Source of the DNA: Lama guanicoe
Taxonomy: Eukaryota
Assembly (NCBI GenBank): GCA_013239625.1
Contig: MU057102.1
Span: forward strand, 496,001 to 560,000
DNA length: 64,000 nt
Direction of reading: 5' to 3'
The position numbers and the translations under genes are program-made. Below the pieces are notes generated by a model. It saw only the letters and a program-made list of their open reading frames with translations, searched no databases and was not told where the DNA came from. Of the stretch, positions 24,734-35,699 are shown in pieces (positions within the stretch are counted from its first letter, which is position 1; every line of letters begins with the position of its first letter).

Positions 24734-25177
24734 GATCATGTCTATGAGGAATGTTTTATTAATATTGGTTATTATTATTTTATTGTTTCTGTCACGCAGC
24801 ACTATCTTCACCCACAAACATGTGAAAAAAATTAGTGCTTTAGGACAGCTATGACCCAGCCCATCTTGGTGCCACATAAATGCTTCTTGAACAGAATTGA
24901 ATCAGGCTAAAGCCTTTGCCCCGAGGGAAGCTGTCAGGGCAGCTCCTCCAGGTCTCCTGTTTGAGATCACTCTGAGTCACCTGTCTGAGGTGGGGCACCT
25001 GCCCTTGTCTCCCCCACCCTCTCTTTCGATTTGACTTGTCACCAGCATGTCTGTTGATTCACCCATCTCTCTCTTTGCATGTGGTGTCCTTGGCAACCGT
25101 GGGTCCATTTATAGTGGACTTCCCATGTGCCCGCCTTATACTGGCTGTTGAGGATGCGATGGTGAATGAGAATAAAA

Positions 25178-25375
25178 TGCACCTCTATGTGCCAGGCTTT
25201 CTGCTGGGCCTTCTATGCACCTCTTTCAGCCTCACAAGAGTCCTTTGTAATGAGGATTCCTGCAGCCCTTTGCAGATGAGGAGCTCAAGGCCCAGGGAGG
25301 GTCAGCATTTTGCCCAAGGTCACACAGCACCTACGGGACGAACTGACAAACTTACCTGAGTGGTTCCAAATCCCG
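25178..25375 (-). mobile_element. MIR SINE
   Basis: tatgtgccaggc...tttgcagatgaggagctcaaggcccag...ttgcccaaggtcacacagc. Confidence 0.85.
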
Positions 25376-25494
25376 TGCTTATTTCCCCTCTTCCCATCTC
25401 CCCTGAGAGGTGAGCGTGCCACTCTGATTCTGTTGGTATGCGTGGATACCTTCCTCCCAGATCAAAGCCCCACATGTTTAAACCACAGCATCTA

Positions 25495-26030
25495 AAATGG
25501 AGATGAAAAATTATGTAGTAACTACGTTTTAAGGCAAATTAACCTTGATAAGATCTTTAATGTCATGTATTAGACTATTTTCCCTTAGTAATGCATTAAA
25601 CTGTCAAACCCGATATGATCATGCAATTAATGAGATTATACACGATGTAAATTTCAATTCATTATTACAGTGTCTGCGCTAATAGACTTGCGATGAATAC
25701 CCAGAAACCAGGCTAGTTCAGAGGGGCAACTTTTTGCAAATTGTGTGAAATGAACAGGCAGAGGCAACCAGTTTCGATGAACTGGAGTGAGGATGATTTC
25801 TGCAACTGTCTGATGTACCAAGATGAGCTGTAAAGGTGGGATTAATTGAGAGAGTCCTGCGTGTAAGGCCAAGGAGCTGACATGAGATAAGCTTGCTTCC
25901 CGGGTGGCCCTTTCGGAATTCCTGGGGAAATTACTTATCGTTAATGGCATCTTCAGGTACCTCATTCTTCCAGCGCTGCTGGCTTTCTCACGGGAGTGAC
26001 GAAATTGGAGTTCATTCAGAGAAAGCAAAT
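25495..26030. promoter_or_regulatory. Candidate highly conserved enhancer with homeodomain dimer sites
   Basis: Repeat-free AT-rich island with retained CpGs; TAATGCATTA at 25589-25598, TAATGAGATTA at 25628-25638, two TGTCA, AGATAA. Confidence 0.6.
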
Positions 26031-27577
26031 CGTATGAGGAAGTTCTTCTATGAACTTGAGGAATAACAGGGGGAACTTCTATTTCTTGAGTTCCGATGGT
26101 ACATCAGGCACTGGAATCAGGTGTTCGCGATGCGTTCGCGTGTTTAGCCCTCCCACTAGCCTGGGTCCTTTGTCCACCCCTACTTTGCAGGTGATGAAAC
26201 CAAGGTTTCCAGATGCTAAGTGACCTGGCCTTGCGGGAAGGTCCCCTGTGGCCCTAGCACGCGGGCCCTGATGGAGGCCTCTGAAGGGCAGCCTGGCTGG
26301 TCTTTGATCCTGGTGCCAGCTCAGCGCTGGGCTTCATGAAAGTGTGCTGAGCCGAGGTGGGCACCCAGGCTGTCAGCGAGGGGTGTTTCAAAGGAGCAGA
26401 CTGGCTTCTGGGTGGACCTGGCAGATTGCTGGTGGTGGGGAGCCCGAAGGCCAGACACCCACGGGCAGGCAGGTGGGCCTGTGCCCGGCGTGGCCAGCCC
26501 GGGAGGGCTGGGCTGTGGAGATGTTCACCACGGCCATGTGCACCCCTTGTCTCCTGCATTACTAGTAAAACCCTACTGGCCACAAGTGCTTTCTAAACTG
26601 GGTCTGAAAAATTCACTGCTTTTGATTACTCCCGTAATCACTAATCTCCCAGTTAGAGCTGGGCCCACTTTGGAATGTGTCCCAGGGGTCGACTTCCTTC
26701 ATCTGTGTTTGCTCCACACAACTTCTGTTCCGTGCACCCCTCTGAATACTGGGGCCCAGGTGGGCACGTCTTCCCTGGCTGTGTGGTCTGGGGGAGGGGG
26801 TTGGGGAGCACTGATGGGGGCTGGGCAGGGCCAGAAAGTGGGGCGGGAGTGCTCGGTTGGCCTAGGGCCACCTGTGGTCTGAGTCTGGGGTTTACAAATC
26901 GGGAAGCGCACACTGTCTCACTGCGTTCACATTTACATGCAGCCCGCCCCGTGGACCACGTGGCCAGCAGGGGCGGTGGGGGTCCAGGACCATGCCCTCG
27001 TGGCTCGCGTGCTACGCCCCCACCTGCCCTCAGTGACCCCAGCCTCTTGCCCATCGCCTGGTGGGAGCCACCGGCCCTCAGCTGCCCGGGTCACTCTCAC
27101 CCACAGTGTGACTGTGTGCACTGGACGGTGCATTTGCTGTTTCCTGACAAATCTTCAGAAAACAACCCAGCAGCGCCTGCTTAGAATGCAACCTGGTGAT
27201 AAGTGCGGCGTGCTGGGTTATTACTGTGTTGATCCTGCGGACAGCGGACTGCTGTCCCCTCCCCAGCGCCTGCCCCGCACACGCAGCGGGCTCGTCCCGC
27301 CCTCTGCCTCCCATCTGTCTCTGATCTGCCCCGCCGTGTTCTCCAGCTCTGCCTCTCTTTGGTGCTTCTCCGTCTCTGTCTCTCTCAGTCTCTCTGCTTC
27401 CCTTCCATATCTGGCTTTTCCGTTTCTTCTCCCTTTGTCTGTCTGTGTGTCTTGTTAAATGGGTTCTGGGGGACCACTCTTGCTGAGTGAGTGTCTGCGG
27501 GGCCACAGAGGAAGGGACGGCTCGGGGTCCTCTGAAATGTCACAGAGGCTCCTGTCCCTCGCCCGGCTTCTCGCCTG

Positions 27578-27650
27578 TCCAGCAGGTGTTTCCTGAGCCC
27601 CGTCTGTGCCGGGCGCTGGGGACACAGTGACTCTGGACGAGTCAGACGGA
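27578..27650 (-). mobile_element. L2 3' tail fragment (GC-shifted)
   Basis: gtgtttcctgagccccgtctgtgccgggcgctggggacacag. Confidence 0.6.
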
Positions 27651-27699
27651 GCTAGCTGCTGCTGCTTCTTGGTTCCCACAAGCCTTCAGTGTATCCATG

Positions 27700-27884
27700 T
27701 CTCACAATCCTGATCACTTTGAACTTGGGAAATACTGTGTGCCGCTCGGCCTCCCTCACCAGACTTTGGGAACCTGCAGAGCTCGGGGCCGAGTCTTTCT
27801 TATGCCCTCACCCCGAGCGCCGAGCACAGAGGGGCTGGCGCGGCGCAGGCTTTCCGGGCGCTCTGCTCTGCATGGGTGAGTGAG
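27700..27884 (+). mobile_element. L2 3' fragment (GC-shifted)
   Basis: cctccctcaccagact...ccccgagcgccgagcacag...gcatgggtgagtgag. Confidence 0.6.
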
Positions 27885-29599
27885 GCCACGCTGTCCAGCT
27901 GCTCACTTTCACGAGTGAGGGTGCAAGCAGGGCCTCACGGCAGGTTTGGGTGGGACCAGGGAGCACCCCGGCCCCTGAATCCCATTCTGGTGCCTTCCCT
28001 GCATCCTAGTGTCCCTTATGTTGTGAGCTGGGGCTGTGTGTTGTGGGGTGTCTTTGCTTGGGTTTAGTCTCTGGGGAGACATCCAGGGGGCTGGGCTCCC
28101 AGCAGGTGGGCGGGTCTGCAGGGTGAGCAGGAAGGTGACGGCGGCACATCCGTGTCAGGACCTGGCTTGGCACGGCGTGTGCATTAATGATGCTGGGACA
28201 GGTGAGCTCGCGTGATGCCACCTCCTGGCCGGACGCCTCGCGGACTCACACCCGCCCCGGTCTGAGGGCGGGGTAGGAAGTCTTAGGGATCTGTTCACGA
28301 GGGAGGGCCGGGACAAACATCCTCGCTGGCCAGGGAGTCTGTTTCAGAAATGGAACTTTGGTGACGTTGGGGCCTTTGTCATCCTGGGGTGAGCAGGGGA
28401 CTTGTAACCGCAGCCCCTCGGAGGCAGGCTCGGGGCAGGGAAGGAATCCCTGTGCGTGTCCTTTTCCAGATTAGCGAACTGAGGCCCCACCAGGCAAGGT
28501 CTCTTCCCCAGCAGTTGGGTCTGAAGCCACGCCACCCTGACTCTAGAGTTCATTACCCGACACGTGGTGGAGGGGCCGTTCCTGGGAACTGAAGCCCTTG
28601 TCTAGAGTCGGGTGGAGGGCGCAGAGACACCGTGAGAGGTGGGAGGGAGAGCCAGGGACCAGGGGTGCCACAGCCAGCGAGGTGGCCATCTGGTCACCTG
28701 AGCAGGGCAGTTCCCGCAGGTGTGATGGAGCAGGGCGGGAGGGGCCGGGGTGCCCCGCGGTCAAGACGGCGAGGTGGGAGGGCGCTGCACGGGCGCCGGA
28801 GCTCCCGGGGCTGACAGGGCGGGGCCTCCAAACCTCCGAGCCGGCTGTTAGGAGGGCCTGGTGTCTGGGCCCAGGGCTGGCCGCCGAGAGGCAGCTGCGT
28901 GGGGGTGCAGCCTGGTGTGTAGATGCCTGTGCTCAGGACCTGGAGGGTCTGGGTGTGGGGCAGCCTGGGAACCTCCATGCTGACAGCCTTTCAAGTGCGC
29001 ACGGGCCTCACCCAGATGCCAGCCCTCTCTGTCCACTTCTGGAGTCTCCAGCTTCGAATGTCTACCTCTCTGCTTTGGGTGAAAACATGGTTCTGTGCCA
29101 TGTGAGAAGCGTGAGCCCGAAGCCCCTCGTTCTGCTTTATTCTCTGCACGGCCTGCACTGCGGCTCTCGGTGGCCTTTGGAAGAGCCCCCATACCCTCAT
29201 GGCTCTCTGGGGGCAGAGGCACTACAGCTGCAGGGCTGGATGGGGCTGGGAACAGCCAGGGGACAGCCCGCCGCCTGGGGCAAGGGAGGCAGCCGAGGAC
29301 ACGCCCACCTCCAGATTGGAAGGCAGACCTTGAACGCATCAACCCACCGTAAACAAGACCAGTTTCTATTCATGTGACCTCCACAGAGGCATCGAGGGCA
29401 TCTTACAAGCGAGAGCAGGGAGGAACCATGCACCAGTTAAATAAGAAAACATGCCCAAGGTGGGCTGAAAGTCAAGGGAGGGGGTGGGGAGGGAGCGGGG
29501 AGGGAAGGGCCATGGGGAGACACCGCCGGGAACGCTGGGCGTCCCCGCAGCCCGTGCAGCCCAGAGCTCGGTGTGGAGGATCTGGACTCCAGAGTGCGT

Positions 29600-29890
29600 G
29601 AAAGCCACATTCGACCTCATTAATCGGCCAGAACACTGATTCACTCTTTTTACATGATGGGGAGTTTTATCGACGAGGATATTTGGTGCATCCGTATAAA
29701 ATACGATGTGGCTTTATTCAGTGTTTTGTTTACCCGAGTCTCATCTTTTGTTTCCAAACAGTATCAAGTGGTAGAAAAACACAGACATGCATAGGAAAAA
29801 CCCCACGTTTTACTGACAACCCTCAGTCTGTTCTGTTTATCTGTCCAGCTAGTGATGGCTTTACTGGTTTGCATAATGCTGAAACTGTGT
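29600..29890. promoter_or_regulatory. Candidate conserved non-coding element
   Basis: Repeat-free AT-rich block with forkhead-like tgtttac and tgtttat, cattaatc, and POU-like tttgcataat. Confidence 0.4.
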
Positions 29891-30127
29891 GAGGAAGCTG
29901 GCGCTCACTTGGAGGGACCCCGAGCTGGGTCCCAGGAACCACACTGAAGAGAGGCGCCTCTCCCCTCCTCCCTCTCCCCTCTCTGCCTCAGACAGACCTT
30001 TCCAGTTAACCCCTTCATGCACCTCTGGCTTTACGGTGTTCCTAGCCCTCCCCCGGCCTCAGGACTCATCCCTTTGGCTTAGGACAATCTTAAAACATCT
30101 TTGGACAAATAACTCTGCTACACGGTC

Positions 30128-30548
30128 TGTATCAGTCAGGGAAGGCTCACTGCTGTAACAAAAATCCCTCCAAATTAACAGCTTCATGCTCTAAGTGCTT
30201 GCTTTTTTGTTCATGTAGCAACAAAACTGCGTGGTCCTGGTGAACTGGGTCTCCTGCTGGGGGTGACCTGGGAACCCAGGCCCTTCACCCTGAGGCTCTG
30301 CTGTGTCCTCTGGCCTGGAGTCCTCCATTTCCCCTGTGTGGGTGGGAAAGAGGGGGCCCCAGGGCTGTGGGGGTTCTTAACAAGAGAGTGAAGATGGGTG
30401 GAGGCAGCTATGACACCCAGGGATGTGCCCTCCTAGGCCAGGGAGACTTCGGGCTCAGCTGACTTCAAGAGAGACAGGATGTGATCTTGTTGTGAGTCCA
30501 GGGGAGCAGGAAAGGGCCACTTGAGAACACCTAGCGTTTCTTTACTCC
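30128..30548 (-). mobile_element. Old MLT1 (MLT1J/K-like) LTR
   Basis: Begins tgtatcagtcaggg...ctgctgtaacaaa; gggaacccaggc; ends tgagtccaggggagcaggaaa...gaacacctagc. Confidence 0.7.
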
Positions 30549-30614
30549 CAGTCAGTTTTTTTTGCCAAGTGAGATCAGGAAGTCAAGAGGCCAAGGCCAG
30601 GCAGTGGAAGGTGA

Positions 30615-30991
30615 TGCTTCCTTCCCTGGGGTCCCTCCAAGCCCCACACACTTCTGACCTCCTTTCTTCTACCCTCCCCTGGGTCTCGTGGCCCCAGACA
30701 TCCTGGCTTTCCTTCTGTCCACTGGGCTGCCCAAGCTTGTTGCTGCCCCAGGGCCTTTGCACTGACTTCCTCTGCTTGGAACTGTGTTCACATGGCTGCC
30801 TCCTTCCTGCAAGTCTCTACGATCACTTGTTCAGAGAGTTTCTCATCAGACACCCCAGGGTAGGGCTGTCCCCTCACCCTCGGGGCCACGCACTCTGCAG
30901 GGCCCTCTCCTTCCCTGTGGCCTCTCACTGAAGCTCGTCATCATCTGACATGGTATCTATACTGCTCGTTTGCTTGGCTTGCTTTGGCCCC
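30615..30991 (+). mobile_element. L2 LINE, left part (interrupted by MLT1A)
   Basis: ccccagggcctttgcactgacttcctctgcttggaa...cacatggctgcctcctt...catcatctgacat. Confidence 0.8.
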
Positions 30992-31354
30992 TGTCTCAGT
31001 CTGCTCAGTCTGCTGTAACAGAGTGGCTGCAGCAGCAGGTACTTATTTCTCCTGGTTCTGGAGGCTGGAAGGCTGGGACCGTGTGTCGGCAGACTTGGGT
31101 CTAGGGGAGGACCCTCTTCCTGGCGTGGTACCAGCTGCCGTCCTGCTTGTGTCTGCGAGCCTTTCCTCATTGCATGGAGAGGGCTGTCTCTGTCTTCTTC
31201 TTCCTCGCAGGACACTGACCCCAGTGTGAGGGTCCCACCTTTGTCACCTCATCTAAACCTAGTCACCCAAAGGCCCCGCACCCGGTACATCACACTGGGG
31301 GTTAGGGCTTCAGCGGATACATTTTCAGGGGATGAAAACATTCAGTCCACAGCA
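30992..31354 (-). mobile_element. MLT1A-like solo LTR nested in L2
   Basis: TG...CA termini (tgtctcagtctgctc...cattcagtccacagca); flanks gcccc and gaccc (4/5 match, possible TSD); catcacactgggggttagggcttca. Confidence 0.9.
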
Positions 31355-31448
31355 GACCCCGTCTGTGCACGCTGCAGTGTAGACTTCTTGAGGGGAGGGA
31401 TGGTCCCTAGTGAATGTTCGCTGAATGAGCCAATACAACAGTGAATGA
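31355..31448 (+). mobile_element. L2 LINE, right part and tail
   Basis: tagacttcttgaggggaggga...gaatgttcgctgaatga. Confidence 0.65.
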
Positions 31449-31814
31449 TCCCGCGATTTCTGAAGGCGCCTCCAGTCCTATCCTCTGGCTGGTCCCAGGT
31501 TCAGCCACTGGCCAGCCACCTGCTTTGCCCCAACACGAGCCAGATATTTTATATCCATTATCTCATCTAATCTTTCCAACGAACTGAGAAGAGGGTGTTC
31601 TGAGCCCTGTTGTAGAGATGAGGGATCTGGGGGACGGCAGGACCTTGCGTCCCTCCCTTTGCTCCAGGGCCTGGCGGGAGCGCTGGCTGCTCTGCACGTG
31701 ACCTTGGGCGCACTTCTGTTCCCTTCTTGGACATCTCCAGCCTTGTGTCTCTGACCACCCGCCCCTGGGACTTGAGAGGATTCCAGGGAAAATCTGCCTT
31801 CAGGGCTCTGTCTT

Positions 31815-32290
31815 TGCTCTTTCTTTAAAAATCTAATTAAAAGCTGTAAAACTTGACCATATAGGCATGACTCTTGGCTCCTAATTCCAGGTGCAACAAT
31901 TTGGACGGTTGAAGGAGGGGAGAGAGCAGATAACAGACTCCTATGTCCTGAAAGTTTGTCTAAAATGTCTGCCGATGGTGAGGCCGATGGGCGGTGAGGT
32001 CCCTGGGCTGGTTGTCAGCGTGGCCTGGCGCCGGCCAGGCTCTGGGGGATGGGACAATTAGCTAATGAACTGGATTGAAGGAGGTGCTAATTCCACACTT
32101 GAAGTGTTAGTAATTGCTAACCGTCAGGACTTCTAATTGAGTGATAATTTTGTTCTTTCAAGGTGACAACCTTCCAGAGGCGAGGGTTTTTAAGAAGATA
32201 TGTGAGATAATACGAGCTCTGTTGGGGGGCAAACAAAGTAATAAAAATCCTTTCTTGGTTTGGAAGGAGAAGTTTAATTTTGGCATGATG
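31815..32290. promoter_or_regulatory. Candidate conserved enhancer with homotypic TAATT cluster
   Basis: TAATT at 31834, 31882, 32088, 32111, 32134, 32145 and 32275; palindrome attagctaat at 32057-32066. Confidence 0.5.
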
Positions 32291-32749
32291 CCTGCGTTCA
32301 GTTCCTTGGCTCCAGGCCGGGCGGGGGCGGGGGCTGGGGAGAGCCCCTGGCCGCCTCTACCTCCGGGGGTAGGGATGGGGCGTCTGCGTACCTGCCCTCT
32401 GCCAGCATCGGCTGGGATGTGACTGAGGGAGGAATGCGGTTCGTCTGGTTAGGGACAACGTCAGGTTGGGCCCCTTGGGATTCCGACTGCTTCCACACTA
32501 GATGCCTCCCCAAGACATCTGTGTGTCTCCTGCTCCCAAGGAGGGGAGCGAGCAGGCCTGGGCTTCCTGAGCAGGTCGGAAGGAAACGCTGTGCCCGGTC
32601 CCGCAGATGTGGAACCTGTTCTCTCAGGAGGGGTCCTGGAGACAAGTTTTCTTAACATCAGCACAATTGCAGATCCACCGGGAGTGTGTGGTGACAGCGT
32701 GGGTGAGAAGTCCCCTTGGTGTGGCCTGGTTAAGAACAGGGGTCACTGG

Positions 32750-33075
32750 TGGACGTTTCTGGAGCGTCTGCTGCGTTCCAGGCACCTGGTTTACTTTCTC
32801 TCTGATCCTTGCAATGTTAGTATATCCATGAACCCCATTTTACAGATGACACAGAGGCTCAGAGAGGTTACCTTTCCCAGGTCACAATTCTGAGAGCCTC
32901 GTGATACTGTCATTATGATTATCTTCTCACTATTCCCATTTCACGGCAGAGGAGATTGAGACCCAGAGAGGCCACAGTCTTGAGGGCTGGCCCTTCCGTT
33001 TTTATGGTTTTAATTACTCCCTTTTCACAGGAGAGGAGACGGAGGCACGGAGATGCGTGGATTTGCCAGGTCTGC
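32750..33075 (-). mobile_element. Three adjacent MIR core fragments
   Basis: cccattttacagatgacacagaggctcagagaggtt; cccatttcacggcagaggagattgagacccagagagg; cccttttcacaggagaggagacggaggcacggag. Confidence 0.8.
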
Positions 33076-33119
33076 CCCTCGTAAGCTCCTGAGGCTGCGT
33101 CCTTTCCTCTTTATGAGGT

Positions 33120-33650
33120 TGACTTTCAATTTAATTTTGAACTATTTGCTTTTATGTATTAAGACTTTAAACCAGCGCACACTGATCCATGCCCTCTAAG
33201 AGGCACCTAGATTTTTTTAAGCTACGGATGGAGATCTCAGTCTGACTGTCCGCTGAGTGGAGGGGTGAGCTTGAAAACTGTGACATTAATTTTTCTAAAA
33301 GGAAGTTTTGGGCTGTAATGAGGTTTTTTTCATGGCCCAGTATGAGGTCAATTTTTGTGACTGTCTGATGGGCAATAGAAAAGACGGCTTGTTTTCTCTC
33401 AGTTGGTCATTAACACTGTGTTTTCAATTATATCATTGAGGTCTTTGGGGTTCGTCTTCATTATTTCTTTTCTCCATCGGCCCGGAACTGAGAGCAGGGA
33501 GTTAAAGGCCCCACATGAATCCTACCATCTCCTTGCTCCTCTTTCTCCTGCACCCGTTGTGTTTCTGCTGAGTGCATGTTGATGCCGTGTGATTTGGTGA
33601 CAGAACATTCATAACCGTTGTTCCTTCCTCCTGCATCACAGCGTCTGCAT
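33120..33650 (-). mobile_element. Very old L1 (L1ME/L1M5-type) ORF2 fragment
   Basis: tggcccagtatgaggtcaatttttgtga...gaaaaga...actgagagcagggagttaaag...gatgccgtgtgatttggtg parallels the L1 piece at 24180-24460. Confidence 0.65.
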
Positions 33651-33699
33651 CGCGCAGCGCGTTTCCCAGGTGCCCACGGCCAGCCGGACGCTGGGCTGG

Positions 33700-33815
33700 G
33701 TGCTTGTTTCCTGGGTACAGAAGCAGTGCACTCACTGCAGAACAGCTAGAAAATGTAGAAAGTTCACGGAATAAAGTAACAGAGATGCCTCTCTGTCTTG
33801 GGACGGTGGTCACAA
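33700..33815 (-). mobile_element. L1ME-type 3' end fragment
   Basis: acagaagcagtgcactcactgcagaacagctagaaaatgtagaaag. Confidence 0.5.
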
Positions 33816-34171
33816 TCCTACAAGGCTGTAGGTGTCTGCCCTGGTCGTAAAGGAGGAGAACGCCTCTGGGACTCAGAGAGGTTAAGTGGTCCTTCCCACT
33901 CCGGGGCCGCAAGTGGCAGTGTGGGTGCCCCCGGGAGCTCGGGAGGGCCTTGGACTCGAGACTGCAGGTTTAAGCATCAGCGGTCTGGGACTGGTGAGGC
34001 CAGCTCTCTGAAAGTCCTAATCATGCAGTGAAGGTGACCTCGCTCACTATGCCAGGACCCGACACAAGTCAGCACAGGACAGAGGCTGCCCGCCGTAGCC
34101 TGTGGGCCAAGTCCATACCACGGTCTGCAGCCTGTCACCCACGGTGCTTCAGACATTTGAGAACGAGAGAC

Positions 34172-34566
34172 TTCATCAGTTTGCCAGGGCTGCCGGGACA
34201 AAGACCCCCAGACCAAGAGCTTAAACAGCGAAACTTATTCTGTCTCGGTTCTGAGGCTGGAGGTCCAAGACCAAGGTGTTGGCAGGGATGGTTCCCTCTG
34301 TTCCTGGCCGGAGACGCTGTCTTCTGTCTCTGTCTCCTCAGGACCCTTCCTCTGTGCTTGTCTCCCTGTCTTCACGCCACGTACGTTTTTCTGAGGACAT
34401 CAGTCAGATTGGATTCGGGCCGCCCTACTGGTACGACCTCATCTGATCTAATTACATCCGCAATAATCTTATTTCCAAATACGGTCACGTGCTGAGGTGC
34501 TGGGAGTTAGAACATCAACATGTGAACATTTCTGGGGGGTTAGGGGGCACGATTCAATTCATAATA
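34172..34566 (-). mobile_element. MLT1B-like solo LTR
   Basis: cagtttgccagggctgcc...gcttaaaca...aggacatcagtcagattggatt...atttccaaatacggtcac...ggcacgattcaa. Confidence 0.9.
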
Positions 34567-34744
34567 GTTACTAGCCTCTAAAAAGTGGGAGCTGCTGCTT
34601 CAGGGTCTGGATGTTAAGATTCTCTGAAAAACTGGAGGGTCCAGCCACTTTGGGGACCATCTCAGAGCTAGCTATCACTGGCCATGTGTCCCGGCAACCT
34701 CGCCTGTGGGGTTTTCCTGTCCTCCGTCCGTCACCGTGTGACCT

Positions 34745-34985
34745 GGGCAGCACTGGTTGCAGGCAGAGGGTCTGGTCGGACAGATCTTGATTTGAACCCC
34801 AGCTGCCCCACGTCACAGGCGGGTGACCTTAAGTGAGTCATAGAACCTTCCAGAGGCTCTGTGCTGCCTCCATGTAGTTCACAGTCCCCGCTCATGGGGC
34901 TGTGGTGGGAGCACCGGGCTGATGATGGGGAGCGAGGAGTCGTACGTGTATTCGGCCCTGGACGGGCCGTCCTGGTAATATTATG
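34745..34985 (+). mobile_element. MIR SINE (degenerate)
   Basis: gatttgaaccccagctgccccac...gtgaccttaagtgagtca...ctcatggggctgtgg. Confidence 0.6.
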
Positions 34986-35139
34986 TCCAGTCCCAGGTGG
35001 GGCCGGAGGATCGGGGTCAAGCTCAGACTCCAGACACCCCACCAAAGGGTCCCCGTTTGCAGACGCAGACATTGACGCTTCTCCACCAAGACGTTTTACC
35101 TCACAGTTTCCAGCACTCACGGACGGCAGGCTCTGAAAC

Positions 35140-35510
35140 GCTGGGTAATTTATTTTTAGGAGCAACCACTCAGGAGATGTGCTCAGGGAGGCTGCTGTTT
35201 GTTTAATTGGTTTTGTGTAAGCAGGGGCCGTGGCAGGATCTAAAAATATCCTGGCTGAGTTACTCATCCATGCTTGCGCTTTGAAAGGACCCCTCGAGTT
35301 TCTAAAGGCCCGCGCTGGAGATTGGGACGGCGGCAGAAGATGTGTTCCGGCTCTGACCTTTGCCGGCAGCTGCTCGAGTGTCACTCTTTAAGAATGAGCT
35401 TATTTCACCACTGAATGTGTTCCATTCGACGGCTGCTGACATTAATGTAGCTGGGATTAGAATCAGGTCAACAGGATTGAGAGTATACAGCACTTCAAGC
35501 TGCAGAATAC
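35140..35510. promoter_or_regulatory. Candidate conserved enhancer
   Basis: MEF2-like ttatttttag at 35150-35159 and ctaaaaatat at 35240-35249; tgtttgtttaattgg; ctttgaa; tgaccttt; cattaatg. Confidence 0.45.
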
Positions 35511-35699
35511 AGACGGGCCGCCAAGGGGCCAGCCTCAGCCGAGGGGCAGCTCCTCTGAGGTCAAGACGGCCAAGCCCCCGAGTGACTCCTGCTGCAGGAG
35601 GTGACGGAGGGACAGCGAGGAGGGCAACCTGGGGCAAAGAAGGTCTGCTGTTATAGCGACCCCTGGGAAAGGAGCCGGCGACGGTAATTGCGCAGAGCA

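Noticed and set aside
28598-29377. Longest ORF in the track (259 aa) and other 150-225 aa ORFs
   Set aside because: Composition is rich in Gly, Pro, Arg and Ala as expected for GC-rich non-coding DNA. There is no recognisable domain, ORFs overlap in all frames, and many start at non-ATG codons or run through repeats.
29378-29465. Possible small exon (ccacag...aag/gtgggc)
   Set aside because: The polypyrimidine tract is poor and the peptide is unrecognised.
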